A stretch of 61,343 nucleotides of DNA, filler included, from Catajapyx aquilonaris (taxonomy: Eukaryota): the NCBI GenBank assembly GCA_000934665.2. It is 4 parts of 4 records of this genome, joined end to end, with 100 filler letters (N's around TTAATTAATTAA, not from the genome) between each part and the next. Parts side by side here need not be neighbours in the genome. Positions count along the whole stretch, not along the records: positions 30,732 to 45,990 come from KZ539702.1; positions 46,091 to 61,343 come from JYFJ02007551.1; 2 more parts are not named here. The stretch is one strand, 5' to 3'. Of the stretch, positions 35,344 through 46,944 are shown piece by piece; within the stretch, counting starts at the first letter, position 1; each line of letters starts with the position of its first letter. Under the pieces are notes generated by a model. The model was not told the DNA's origin, ran no database searches, and saw only the letters and a program-made list of their open reading frames with translations. Both the position numbers and the translations under genes were made by a program.

Positions 35344-37286
35344 TACAGGGTGTTCAAAAAAACACCGACAAACTTGTAGGGGTAATAGAGGGGACCAAGA
35401 CAAACCTATTTTATATAGGAACCCGTCTGGAAACGCGTCTGAGCGACTCGTTCCATGTCTACGAACCACCTCTAGATGGCGTTTCTGGACATGGGTTCCT
35501 ATATGAAGGATGTTTGTCTTGGTCCCCTCTGTTACCCCTACAAGTTTGTCAGTCCTCTCACTTAGCGCCTCCTGCCTGACGCGTTTTAAGGTAGTTCTTG
35601 CGCTTGGAAACGGGGGGAAGGGGAAGGGGGGTTGAGCCTATGTTTATACATGGGGCGAGCTGGCCAATACCAACGTCTGCGATTGTAAGACATTTCTGCT
35701 AGTATTTCTCTGAAACAGAGTTTGAGTACGTGTTTCGCGTCGGATACGTTACATGAACATTTATTTGGGGGACTCGCTTTGCGAGCCGGTGGGGCTCCGC
35801 CCCCCCGGACCCCCCCGTGGGGCTGCGCCCCACTTGCGCGCCTTCGGCGCGGTGCCCGTGTTCCGCTGTAATCCATCCGTTTACAGAACCCGTGACGTCA
35901 CGGTCCACAAAGGTGTGGAGTATTAAAATGCGCCCTAGGTGACGTATCATGAGAAAAGGCTAGGTGGGATTAGAGTTGATGCAGCTGTCATCGGGTGATG
36001 GATGTGGCTATTGTTCTCGGGGAGTTTGCGGATACATTAATTTGGCGATCTCGGGTTTGCGTCTACATTTTACTTGGCTATCTCGAAGACGGCTGGGATA
36101 TTCGCGATTATGAGGATTTTTGGCAATACTAAATCGGTGGCGAGGAATCCAACGGTGCAAGTCCGAGGTTTCTACGACCTCGGGAAGTGCGAAATCTTTT
36201 CCATCATCATCCTCCTCCTCCTCCTCCTCCNCCTCGTTTAGGGGCTTTATATATACTTGATTGATAATAATTCCCTCGTGCACTTTTGTCCCGGAGAAGA
36301 GCAGAAATATGGCTGTTCCAAATACCGGAAAAAGTGCGGGAAATCCGGCAACGTTGCACACGTTGGCAGCACTTATCAACAACGTATCGATGTTTCGATG
36401 TATCGATATTTCCCCCCAGCGATATATCGAGTTCTCGATAGTTATCCCAACTGTCCATATTATATCGATATTTTAATAAAATTACAGTGATTTGAGCTTA
36501 TCAGACATCGATATTTTATAAGTAAACCATCGATATACCGTATCGATATCTGCCTCCTTTGCTGGTAACTTTAGGTAACTGTCTAGTCGATCAATAACTT
36601 GAGACCAGAGACCAATCTCCCATACACAATCATACAGTACCGGACCGGCGCTTCATTCAGTAATTCCACGGACAACACTTGCACTTCCCTTGTCAATTAC
36701 ATGCCATTCTGAAACCTAGGCGGCTCGGGATTTTCAAATCCCGAGCGAAGGCCGCCATGACGACCGTCGCTTACAGCGTTGCCACTTCGACGCCAACTGT
36801 GGAGTCGGCTCCTCACAAAGTGACGATTTGCGGGGGAAGGACCAAGGTGACCACTATGAAAATCGCCACTAAATTAATCTCCCGACTTTCCCCCACATGA
36901 ATATGGTTTTTTGTTAACATCTTAATATTTTTAATGAAGCTAGGGACACTTTTCTCGCGGCCCGCAGACCGGCTCTCATAAGGCTCCATGCATAAGGGGC
37001 CGCCAGAAGCCAAACTTTGAAAATTAATATCTCACAAACGAGATAGACGAACCCCTTGAAACTTCACAGGAGTATGTGCGACATGCCCAGGAATGGATGG
37101 TGTGATTTTCACGAAATTGTCAATAAATGGACTTAGCGCAAGAACTACCTTAACACTCCCGTTGCGTGTCTATTGAGCGTCTCTAGATGGAGGTTCCGGA
37201 CACAGGTTCCTGTATGAAATATGTTTGTTTTGGTCCTCTCTATTACCCCTACAAGTTTGTCGGTATTTTTCATGAACACCCTGTAT
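35344..37286. mobile_element. Tc1/mariner-type MITE arms surrounding a nested TTAA element
   Basis: TA|CAGGGTGTTCAAAAAAACACCGACAAACTTGTAGGGG at 35344. Reverse arms at ~35470-35552 and ~37180-37286 (...GAACACCCTG|TA). Confidence 0.7.
35586..37153. mobile_element. 1.57-kb TTAA-target element with 15-bp TIRs (Kolobok-like)
   Basis: TTAA|GGTAGTTCTTGCGCT ... AGCGCAAGAACTACC|TTAA with perfect TIRs. No intact transposase ORF. Confidence 0.8.
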
Positions 37287-39560
37287 AGGTATAACGGAAT
37301 TCGTGACTTGCACGACAAGAAAGCCACTGGTACAGTACCAGAGGCTTCAGATAGGAATGTAAAATTCTTCACATTTATGACTGTAATGTTAGTGTTATTG
37401 GGGTGAGGATATTTTCAAAGACCCTAATTAAAATATTATTACGTGAACTTGGTGTTATGTTATTAATTTTACAAGAAATAAATTATTTCTTTCGTGATTT
37501 ACACGACACTTGAAACGTGACTTACATGACACTTTTGTTCTCATTGCTTTCTGATTAGATTCGTGAGAAGAATTGTGGATTTTTAGGACAGAAACAAAGT
37601 AATATTTCTCTTACTACAGTACTGCTCACATTCGTAGACCATATATACCGTAAACCAGTAGACGCTCCCTCTCCCTCTCAAAAGTGGGCCCAACATCTCA
37701 GAGGGGGGGGGGGGATCACGTGACTTAGGGCAAAAGGGAGGCGGGAATACGAATTATGGAGATTGCGGCTCGCTTTGTGTCGTCACTGCGAGGCGCCTAT
37801 TGGGACTAAAAATATGCAATGGGTACCAAATGAAAGCTCCACTCTAGCCCCGTCTCATGCCGTACATCTCCATCCGAGATGTTGAGCGAGTAATCTGTTA
37901 CACGAGGTTTTGCATGGAATTTGCCAGGTGTGTATCCGCCGGGAAGGAAGGTTAGGTCATGGGGTCAGCCGATATGAAAGTCCTTCCCTACAGTGACTAC
38001 CGGCCGCCAATGACATTTTTATTTTATGTTGAGATTTTGGCGCCGGTCCGGCTGATATCCGAGCACTTGATGAGAATATTCCAAGAGCGTTAGGTTCAAT
38101 GGTTGCCAGAAGTTTCTTGAGACTCATATTTCACCACGGGTGAGAGGAGAAAAAGTGGCTTCTTTTCGTTTCATTAACCTTGTTTCGCTTACTTTTAGAT
38201 GGATGATTTACAACCACCATTCTTAAACACCAAACAAGACCTCTCTTTGAGTACCGTGTCTTAGAGTAAGCCAGCTTTAACTCGGATCAGCCAACCGTAC
38301 AAGTGGTGGTGAGCTGATGACACAAGTCATGTTGTACGAGTGCTTCTTCATAGTACTTGAGCGCCCATCCATTGTGCCAACTCTCACTGCACATCACTGA
38401 AGCCTGCGTTACTCCGTCGCCAATTATTCACTTCCTACATCTTACATTCTCTGCAAAATATCTATATGAGCTTTTTACGTTAGATTCTACTTTTGGATCT
38501 CCACTAACTGTGTTTTTGTTTGTTTGTTTTATGTTTTTTCAAATGTCTAGAAGTGACATTTGACTGAATGATTGGCAAGAAACGCGCATATCCACCATGT
38601 GCATGATTGTATTAGCAGAAATAGGCCTGAACGTGATCAATCAAATGGTAGTCAATATCATCCTTGCCTTGACGATGGGCAGAATGATTGGATGGTGGAT
38701 GCAGCTGGGAGACAGAGCTTGCAGAAATAGTAGAGATAAACGGTGGGCCTTGTCCATTCCATACTACAGGTAACGAGTGGTAGCAAGAAGTGATTTGGAG
38801 TGGTGCCCCCCGCGCTGACAACCCCACACGCGTAAGCAAGAACAAATACCGCAAGTCAACAAACACCCGCCTGACTGATTTGGCTGTCTACAACTTCCGG
38901 GTCCTATTTAAGAAGGTTAAGTAGAGCGCATTTGGGCATCAAAACCCCTCAGGCACCATATACCCGATTCATATTGAAACCCTCCCCGACGGAAATGCCT
39001 TGATTGCCTTCCAAAAAAGGAGGAGGAGCAGGAGGAGCAGGAGTGGCTGGCCTCTCGCCACCAAATTGCCAACTGGCAGGCAAACCCAGTTGGAATTTGC
39101 CAGAGAGGGGGAGCTTTCTTTTTCTCCCCATCTGCCTTGTCAGCAGACTCTCTACTTTATGTATTTATTACTCCTGATATCATTCAAGTTGGTACTGAGA
39201 GAATGGCCCTCCCTACTGACTCCAACTATCAACTCCAGAAGCTGGAATCACCATTTCCTCACGCAGGCGGTGACATCTAGGTGACTGGGATGGTGTGGGG
39301 ACAACGGAAATGGCAGCCCACACGCCCCTCCCAAAATATCGTCCGCGTCCCTTTTTTTCTTCCTCTTCTTCTTCTTCTTCCTTTTTGAACACATTGGTCT
39401 TCCCATGTGCCACTCCGCCGCCTGGCATTGCTTTTGGCCTCCGCCTCGCTAACCAAACACTGAGCATATGTTTTTCTTGGAGTTGCAAGCAGGAACAAAA
39501 TAAACTCGAGTGATGCTTGGTAGCACTCAATTCCAGATAACTTTGTCTTTAAAGAAGGAG

Positions 39561-39665
39561 TGGGTGGGTGGGTGGGTGGGTGAGGAGGGAGGGAGGGAGG
39601 GAGGGAGGGAGAGAGGAAGGAAGAAACGAACGAACGAACGAACGAACGAACGAACGAACGAACGA
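39561..39665. repeat. Compound microsatellite (GGGT)n(GGGA)n(AACG)n
   Basis: Directly visible in the sequence. Confidence 0.9.
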
Positions 39666-41294
39666 CGCGACGGGGAGGATTCCCACTTTCCACTCCGACT
39701 TGTTGCGTTGTTTGTCACTATCAGCTTTCGGTCACCATAATTATATACCCCAACGCACTAGTCATTTCTTATAGGATTATATAGCCTTCTCCAGAATGAA
39801 TAATAATTCTATCAAATATCTGGTGCCCATAGTTTACTACACCGGGGAGAAATCGATGGGAAAACTTTTCACGCAATCGTACAAGTGCGTAAAGTGTGTC
39901 TGAATTTGACGTTACAAATACAGGATGTTCCAGATTTATTAATAGCTACTTTTAGTTATAGGAAATTTTGCCTGAAGTCGTTATTTTTTAGCTTGTTGCG
40001 CCCCAAACCAGGTGTCCTATTCTATAGCAACTGCTACATTCGACCACATGATAGGAGCGCAACAAGCTACACAAAAATAACTACTTTGAGAGATATTAGT
40101 CAGAAGTGAAAAAATGGAGTAGCCTACTTCTGTACATTTCTGTGCAAAGTTTGACATTTTCATTTCAATGGCAATGCATAACATTACATACGGTAAACGT
40201 GTCGACTATTATTTTGATTTTAGGGCTCAGACTGTAGGGTATAGCTAGATGATTAAAATGGGATCGAGGTACTGGTAACACTGGTCAACAAATGCTAACT
40301 TTTTTTAATTATCCGGGTTAATTCATTACTTTTCTTATTTTATGCAATGTTCTCATTACAAAAATGAATTTCAAAAAAATTTCATTGGCTCCAGGACTTA
40401 AAATAAATGCATGGGATTATAAGTGTGTCGTGTACTGAGTAGGCCTACACTGATCAACAAATTTTGACAAAGTGAAATATCTGAGGTTAAAGTAGCCATT
40501 TATTAAAGATTTCAATGTGCTGATCACTAATATGACAATAACAATCCAAAATTGGCTACGATTCCTGCGAAATCCGCAGTAGTTTCTTATATAATGGAGT
40601 AATAACGTACACTATGGTGTGTACCAGTAAAGGTCCGCTTATACTGCCGACGTTGCCGACTAAAGTAGTCATTTCGTAATGATGTGAATGTTCCGATAAT
40701 AAATAATAAAATTCACCACCTTGGGTGTCTAGGTCAATGTCTAAAAACTCGTTTTGCTTTCATGCGCTAGAAGATACTGTTTTTTACTCATTTTCGACAC
40801 TTCCCCCTTCCTCTTCCCTGAAAAGTGCAATTATATTTCATAATTCATAATTGCCAGCTTTACCATTGTTTTCCCCATGCAAAGAAACCTTTACGCGCCA
40901 AAAACCTCGCCGATATCAGATATAAAATCCAGCTTCCTCAGATCCTTGCAAATTGGATCCATTTTTGACATTCTGACCACCATATCTCATGAATTCCCAG
41001 GGTTTTTCTGGAAAGGTGCTTTCGTTCTAGCAGATAAAGAACCAGAAAAACACATTTTGAACTTGAACTTGACATAGAAATTCGCGATGTTCCCTTGTCG
41101 GGTATACATGGCCATATAATTATGACCATCCCTGTATCTCTTAAACTAGAGCCAATATTATTTTCTTTTTAAATATCATATCCTTAGTCAGCACATTAAG
41201 ATTATTCAGAATTGACTGCTTTTATATCGGATAAATTTTTTTGTTGACCAGTGTAATCTAGACAGTTTCTCGGTGAAATTGATTTCATTCGGTT

Positions 41295-41860
41295 ACTACA
41301 GGGTGATTCTCTCGAATCCGAATCTGAACATTCCTCAGTAACTTTTAATGATTGTATGGCACTCAATGAAAATTGACATGTATACTTACCTTGCATGATG
41401 CCAAACCAGATCTGCCTAAATCAGATGCTGGAAATTGTCCCCTCCAGCATCCAATCATTTCTGAATGCGAGTCTGCATATTGGTGTATACAGGGCCGTGA
41501 CACCTGCCCGGCCTCGGCCTCGGAGAGCTGAAGCCGGTTGAGGGCCCCCCGCCAGACCTGATTTCTTCTTGTGGGGTTTATGAAGGGGCGCACACCATAT
41601 GACAGGGTTAAGCCCAGAACAATTGACGTCCTGTAGCCCCGATACGGCGGGAGTTTCTGCCATTATGATGTCACATTAGCACATACTCGCCAATATGCAG
41701 ACTCCCAGTGAAAACATTTGGATGCTGGAGGGGCTTTAGGCAAACCTTGTTTGCCATCATGCAAGGTAAGTACATGTCAATTTTCATTGAGAACCATACA
41801 ATATAATAAAGTTATTGAGATATGTTTCGGTACGGATTAGAGAAAATCACCCTGTAGTAT
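41295..41860. mobile_element. Foldback Tc1/mariner-derived element with ~190-nt arms
   Basis: TACAGGGTGATT...TCAATGAAAATTGACATGTA..CTTACCTTGCATGATG...CCCTCCAGCATCCAA...GAGTCTGCATATTGG is mirrored at ~41690-41860. The core encodes PARPDFFLWG, similar to the WPPRSPDLxPxDFFLWG transposase motif. Confidence 0.7.
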
Positions 41861-41998
41861 AAACAAAGTAAATCTGATATCTACCATTTTAGCTGCAGAT
41901 CCGCCCAATAATAATAATAATAATAATAATCATAATCATAATCATAATCATAATAATAATAATAATAATAATAATAAAATAATCCTGGGTACTAAGGG

Positions 41999-42215
41999 AT
42001 GCGGAGTGGCGCTGCGGTAACGTATGTGCCCACGGATGTTAAGGTCCCTGGTTCGATCCCAGCCCGGGGATCCCCCCTTCATCTCGCGCAGAGTTGGGCC
42101 ATATCTGGCTTCGTCACCCAGGGGAGTTCACAAAATGACCACACCAACGGCATTGCACTGCACCTTGCACATCCCCACCTGTCATCCTGCCCGTGGGCCC
42201 GGGCGTTTCGTAAAA
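41999..42215 (+). mobile_element. SINE family A copy
   Basis: GGAGTGGCGCTGCGGTAACG...GGTTCGATCCCAGCCCGGG plus the family A body. Confidence 0.87.
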
Positions 42216-42293
42216 AGGTTATAATAAATGTACAGGACATGATAAAGGTCCGTGCTATATACCTCCGATGAGATCAAGCACTACCCGGATTAT

Positions 42294-42796
42294 TAGTCCG
42301 GGCCCTAAACGTCTTAACCTTGCACTTTGTGATAAGAAGGTGCCCCTTGGCACATATGTTCCTTAGGCATATAGGAGCAATTCCAGAGTTGCAGGCAACT
42401 GATCGGCCCCTTAGGACACGAGTTATGCGGTGTTGCCAACATGGCCGGGGATGACCTGAGCGTTTTTAACGTTGCATTTTGTGATAAGAAGGTGCCGCTT
42501 GGCACATATGTTCCCTAGGTCTATAGGAGTCGTTTTGAGAGATGGAGGCACTTGATCGGCTCCTTAGGTCAGGAGTTATGCGGTGTTGCCAACCTGGTCC
42601 TGGACCTCGGCGTTTTGAGCCATTTTTAACTTTGCATTTTGGGATAAGAAGGTGCCACTTGGTACATAAGGGGCCGATCAGTTGCCTGCAACTCTGGAAT
42701 TGCTCCTGTAGGCCTAAGGAACATATGTGCCAAGTGGCACCTTTTTATCACAAAGAGCAAGGTTAGGCCTGATTTTTGCGCTTAGGGCCCGGACTA
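42294..42796. mobile_element. MITE with TAG...CTA termini, long inverted arms and internal direct repeats (possibly Academ-like)
   Basis: Ends TAGTCCGGGCCCTAA / TTAGGGCCCGGACTA, with TAT on both flanks. Inverted arms of ~100 nt and ~155-nt internal direct repeats (GATAAGAAGGTGCC three times). Superfamily is an inference. Confidence 0.7.
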
Positions 42797-42818
42797 TATT
42801 ATTATTATTATTATTATA

Positions 42819-43412
42819 CAGTAAAACTTCCATAAGTCGAACTTCCCTAAGTCGAAGTTCTCTATAAGTCGAATAAAATGATGAGCTTGGTTGGTCACAA
42901 TGTAAAATAATAGGAAATAAACTTCCCTAACTCGAATTTCTATAACTCGAAGTTCTCCATAACTCGAAGTGCAGGCAGGGCCTTACGATGGGATATCAAT
43001 GCATTTTCAGTCTCCCTAAGTCCAAGTTCATGTTGGCGAGTACGGAAAAGCTTCTCATTTCCCATCCGAAGGGTCGAGAGTATAGGCCACATGTACAGAA
43101 CGGCTCAATTTCCTGATCTCCGTCTACCAGACACACTGAAAGAAGTGTTTGACTCGATTGTGACAATTGAATCCTTGAATCCAAGAGTAGGCAAATGTCC
43201 ATAGCGGACTTTTTTTTTACAACAAAACAACAAGGAACATTGTAAGTGTGATAGTGACAGTTACTTTTAAGTTATGAACACCTTTCGTCGCTGGATAGTC
43301 GCTTATATGCTTTATGTGCTTTAAAAAAATCCGAACTTCTCTAACTCGAATCTTCTGTAACTCCAAGTTATTTTCCGGTCCCATGGAGATTCGACTTATA
43401 GAAGTTTTACTG
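42819..43412. mobile_element. pogo/Tigger-like MITE
   Basis: TA|CAGTAAAACTTC.ATAAGTCGAA ... TTCGACTTATAGAAGTTTTACTG|TA, with repeated TAA(G/C)TCGAA subterminal motifs. Confidence 0.88.
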
Positions 43413-43469
43413 TATATTATTATATATAATCCTGGGTAGTGCTACCGTTGTAGAGTGGAACCTATTAAT

Positions 43470-43710
43470 TGAATCGCCCGGGACCACGGGCAGGATGACA
43501 GGAGATGATGTGCAAGGTGCAGTGCAATGTCGTTGCTGTGGTCATTTTGTGAACTCCCCGGGTGGTTTGTCTCAACGGAGATACCACCAGAAACTAAGCC
43601 AGAGATGACCCCGAACTCTGCACGAGATGAAGGGAGGAACCCCGGGCTGGGATCGAACCCGGGACCTTAACATCCGTAGGCGCGTACGTTACCGCAGCGC
43701 CACTCCGCCC
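43470..43710 (-). mobile_element. SINE family A copy (CpG-intact)
   Basis: Reverse complement reads GGAGTGGCGCTGCGGTAACGTACGCGCCTACGGATGTTAAGGTCCCGGGTTCGATCCCAGCCCGGG plus the body. Confidence 0.88.
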
Positions 43711-43754
43711 CCTTGGGTTTCCTGAGTAAAAATACCGGTTGTATGCAGCAATAG

Positions 43755-43799
<45 letters not shown>

Positions 43800-43993
43800 T
43801 TGCTTTATTTCCCATGTGCTTATGCAGCAATAGATATCGAATAAGACTCATCATGAAACTCGATTACGTTACTTCTTACCATTCTCTTGTTAGAGTAGAA
43901 TGGTGAAGACAAAGCAATACATGCAAGGTTAGCCTAGAGTGAGCTAGAATAACTTGAAACAGTAGGCCTAGCCAAGGGCCTAGCTGATGGTAT

Positions 43994-44125
43994 CTCCACC
44001 TTATCGTGGTGGTGGGGTTTGCGTTTCTCCCATGGCCCCAAGAGCTATGCCGGCGGTAGCTTCGTCTACTGGTAGGGCCACCCGAGCAGGACAGGTCTTT
44101 GGGATAGGAGACATACTAAGAGAGA
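43994..44125 (+). mobile_element. Structured fragment resembling the 5' leader of RTE-clade LINEs
   Basis: CCACCTTATCGTGGTGG-GGGTTTG...ATGGCCCCAAGAGCTATGCCGG...CTGGTAGGGCCACCC...ACAGGTC...ACTAAGAG resembles, from memory, the Rex3/Expander-type RTE 5' UTR. No ORF follows. Confidence 0.55.
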
Positions 44126-44291
44126 TACCAGTCTTTCCTCTCTTCTTTTTCATCTTCGTTTCTCTCTCCATCTGTCCCACCTTTGCGTCTTCTATAGCCA
44201 GATAGCCATAGTTGCTTTGACTTCTTCCGAATAAACCAAACCAAACCAAACCTAGCTGATGAAAGGTGGGTAGAATGGAGGAAGTGCTCAC

Positions 44292-44587
44292 CTCTGGCGT
44301 CGAGTGTGGTCAACCCACGAAGTGATGCCGTGGGACTAGAGTGCAGGGATCCATACAAGTGTTCCATGTATGGATTAAGTCGATAAGCCGGATGTAGATC
44401 AGCAGCAGCGGCTGCTGCAGCGGCGGCGGCAGCGGCGGCGGCGGCTGCAGCTGCGGCAGCGGCAGAAGCCGAGGAGGAAGAGCTGCTACCTCCGGCCACG
44501 GGCGTTCCCGCTGCCCCCGGGCGCCGCTGCGCAGCCAAGAAAGGCAGCTCCTGCAGGCTCGGGCTGGCCGAGCTGCTGCCCGTGAGC
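44292..44587 (-). CDS. ci: Internal N-terminal exon of cubitus interruptus / Gli zinc-finger transcription factor
   Basis: tttag|...|gtgag boundaries. Translation LTGSSSASPSLQELPFL...A(21)DLHPAYRLNPYMEHLYGSLHSSPTASLRGLTTLDAR matches the conserved Ci/Gli N-terminal block (insect DFHPAYR..YMEHLY.SLHSSP; vertebrate Gli2/3 NPYM..IRSLHSSP). No zinc-finger exons lie in the window. Confidence 0.85.
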
Positions 44588-44667
44588 CTAAACACACACA
44601 CAAAGCCAACAATTCATTATCCACACCATTCATTTTCATAATCACTATATTCACACATCGTTACAGC

Positions 44668-45201
44668 CTCAAACCCCGAAAACGGCCACTGGGCGACAAA
44701 AAAACTACCAGAACTAGGTCTGGTCGTTTTAAGACAACCACAGCCAGTTCTGGTCGTTCCTGCTTATTAATATACCTATGGATATGGATATGGAGGTGAT
44801 GGGCTGATGGATGGGCTCCTTTGTGCTGGTGTGGCTGTAGGTGTAGAGCTTTGGGGTGACACTAGCGCTGGCCTTTGTTGTGACCCTGCCTGGCACGGTG
44901 CGTCGCATTGCCCGATGATGTGAGTTAGTTGCGAGTGTAGCGAGCCGAGCGCTTATGGTGAGTTGTGTATCCGCCCAACAATACTGTCCGTCTTTGTGCG
45001 CCGCAGGCCAACGAACGTTATTGTGGCTTTGCCAAGCCCAATTACTGGAAGGTGCTTAGCAAAAACACAAAGGGTTTCATCCATCACCACATCACCTCGA
45101 TATCCATAGGCATATTAGTACTGGTAAGCAGGAACGACCAGACCTAGTTCTGGTCCTTTTTTTCTCCAAATACAATGCAGTGGCCCTTTTCCGTGTTTGA
45201 G
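44668..45201. mobile_element. MITE/foldback element; core homologous to 33540-33775
   Basis: Ends CTCAAAC..CGAAAA.GGCCACTG / CAGTGGCCCTTTTCCGTGTTTGAG, inner arms CCAGAACTAGGTCTGGTCGTT. The core GCGCCGCAGGCCAACGAACGTTATTGTGGCTTTGCCAAGC is identical to ~33728-33768. Confidence 0.7.
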
Positions 45202-45990
45202 TTAACATCTTCTTAATGTTGGCCTGATAAACACTTTGTGTACACACTTTTTTCTTGTCAAACTAGTCATCTCTCAAAGGGCGCAGTTGCTACACCCACA
45301 CCACATATATTCAAACAATGCATTCTGCTATCATCTCACTTTCCAAGAACAAAAAGGTGCTAGTTCACTCATTGGGCAATGTGCGTTAAGAACCTACCCT
45401 TCACAACTTCTCAACTCAAAATTTAATTGAAGGGCCCTAGGAACTGTGTCAACTACCGCCATTATTTCGGTCACTGACGATATTATTTTGTCAGCACATC
45501 AAGGACACTTGGAAATGAGGCGATACGGTACATCAGATTCGCATACAATAACAGCACGCTAGTGCGCAAACATTGTCAAAATACTGAAACGGATACTCGA
45601 ATTTATTGGAACACACTGAAACGGAGTGACATTCTGTCCGGGGCACGAACATTGCCATGGTAAAACAGCTGATGGAATATTTAATCTTAGGCCNNNNNNN
45701 NNNNNNGGGGGGGGGGGGGGCTAATTTGTGAGACTAGCGAAATCGTGATTCTGGCTCCGCTGGTTTGGACCCTACGCACAAGACCGCAAATGGAGGAAAT
45801 TCGACACAACACCAGGGATAACAGCTGGGTGGGGAAGTATTCCAGAAGCGGATAGGAGTACCTCCCCCTGACGGAACCCCTGGGAAGAAGCAGATTTCCA
45901 TCTCTCTCTGAAGGGCGTGGTATGTATTCCGTCCCGTCTGGTGTGCATGCCGGTGTCATCACGTCAGTAGTAAGAGAAAAATAGTGGGAT

Positions 45991-46090
45991 NNNNNNNNNN
46001 NNNNNNNNNNNNNNNNNNNNNNNNNNNNNNNNNNTTAATTAATTAANNNNNNNNNNNNNNNNNNNNNNNNNNNNNNNNNNNNNNNNNNNN
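45991..46090. other. Artificial contig-joining spacer
   Basis: N44-TTAATTAATTAA-N44. Confidence 0.97.
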
Positions 46091-46199
46091 TATAATAGTT
46101 GTTTAAATTCACGAATCTTGGGAAGATGGTGTGTATCAGTCGCGACACTAGGACTGTGGACATAACATGCCAGTGCTGAACACACACGATAAAATGAAA

Positions 46200-46400
46200 G
46201 GCATTGTTCGATTCACCTGCATATGAGAACTCCCTGGGCATTAAGCTGGGCCACCTGATCCTTACGTCGTATTCTTCCAGCCATTGGAGAATGGAGCGTG
46301 ATGACAAACTGTCGTTATCAGTTAAGTTCGGTTTTATGGCATGCATAGTTTTTTTAAAAAAAATACTCCTATATGATGAAGGAACTGCTCCTGTTTCGAG
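46200..46400 (-). mobile_element. Decayed Tc1-like transposase fragment
   Basis: Translation DNDSLSSRSILQWLEEYDVRIRWPSLMP resembles the Tc1 catalytic segment QDNDPKH.S..V..WL......L.WPS.SPDLNPIE. Confidence 0.55.
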
Positions 46401-46944
46401 AGATTCCTTCGGCTTGTTTAGTTGGTTTCCAAGGTGACGGAATTGTTGCCCTGTTGGGAACCTTGATTGCGAAATATTACATTGTGTCAGACGAAGGGCA
46501 CAGAAACACATGAGAGAAGTTAGTGATTAAAAATCATGTAAGGTTTATTGCAGTAAAAGGAACAACATACTGTTATAAAAAGGCGAAAACCATTTAAATA
46601 CCCGGACAAAGGTTAAAAATACGTCCGTATTTAAAAAATTATTTTATAATGCGAAAAAGTTAAGTTACATATTTTAAAATGTGTAACATTAGTGCGACGC
46701 AGCATTTGGAACATTGTAACCGCCATTGGAACCATTGGAACAATTGGAACAAAAGTAACCGCTATTTTCAAATCGAGGGTCAGTATTAAAATCGCGCTTT
46801 TCAAGTGACAATCACGTTTGTCACTGCTATCGAAAAATCGCGTTTTGGTCAGTCGATGGTTAGAAGCCTTTTTCAGGCATTACTAGTGACATTTCGGCTC
46901 TTCTTGCATTTTATACGGATGGACATCCACCAGAGGAAGTACAA

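Noticed and set aside
42314..42670. CRISPR-like regularly spaced repeats (also 42830-43400)
   Set aside because: The sequences between repeats are themselves homologous, the arrays sit inside TIR-bounded eukaryotic MITEs, and no cas genes are present.
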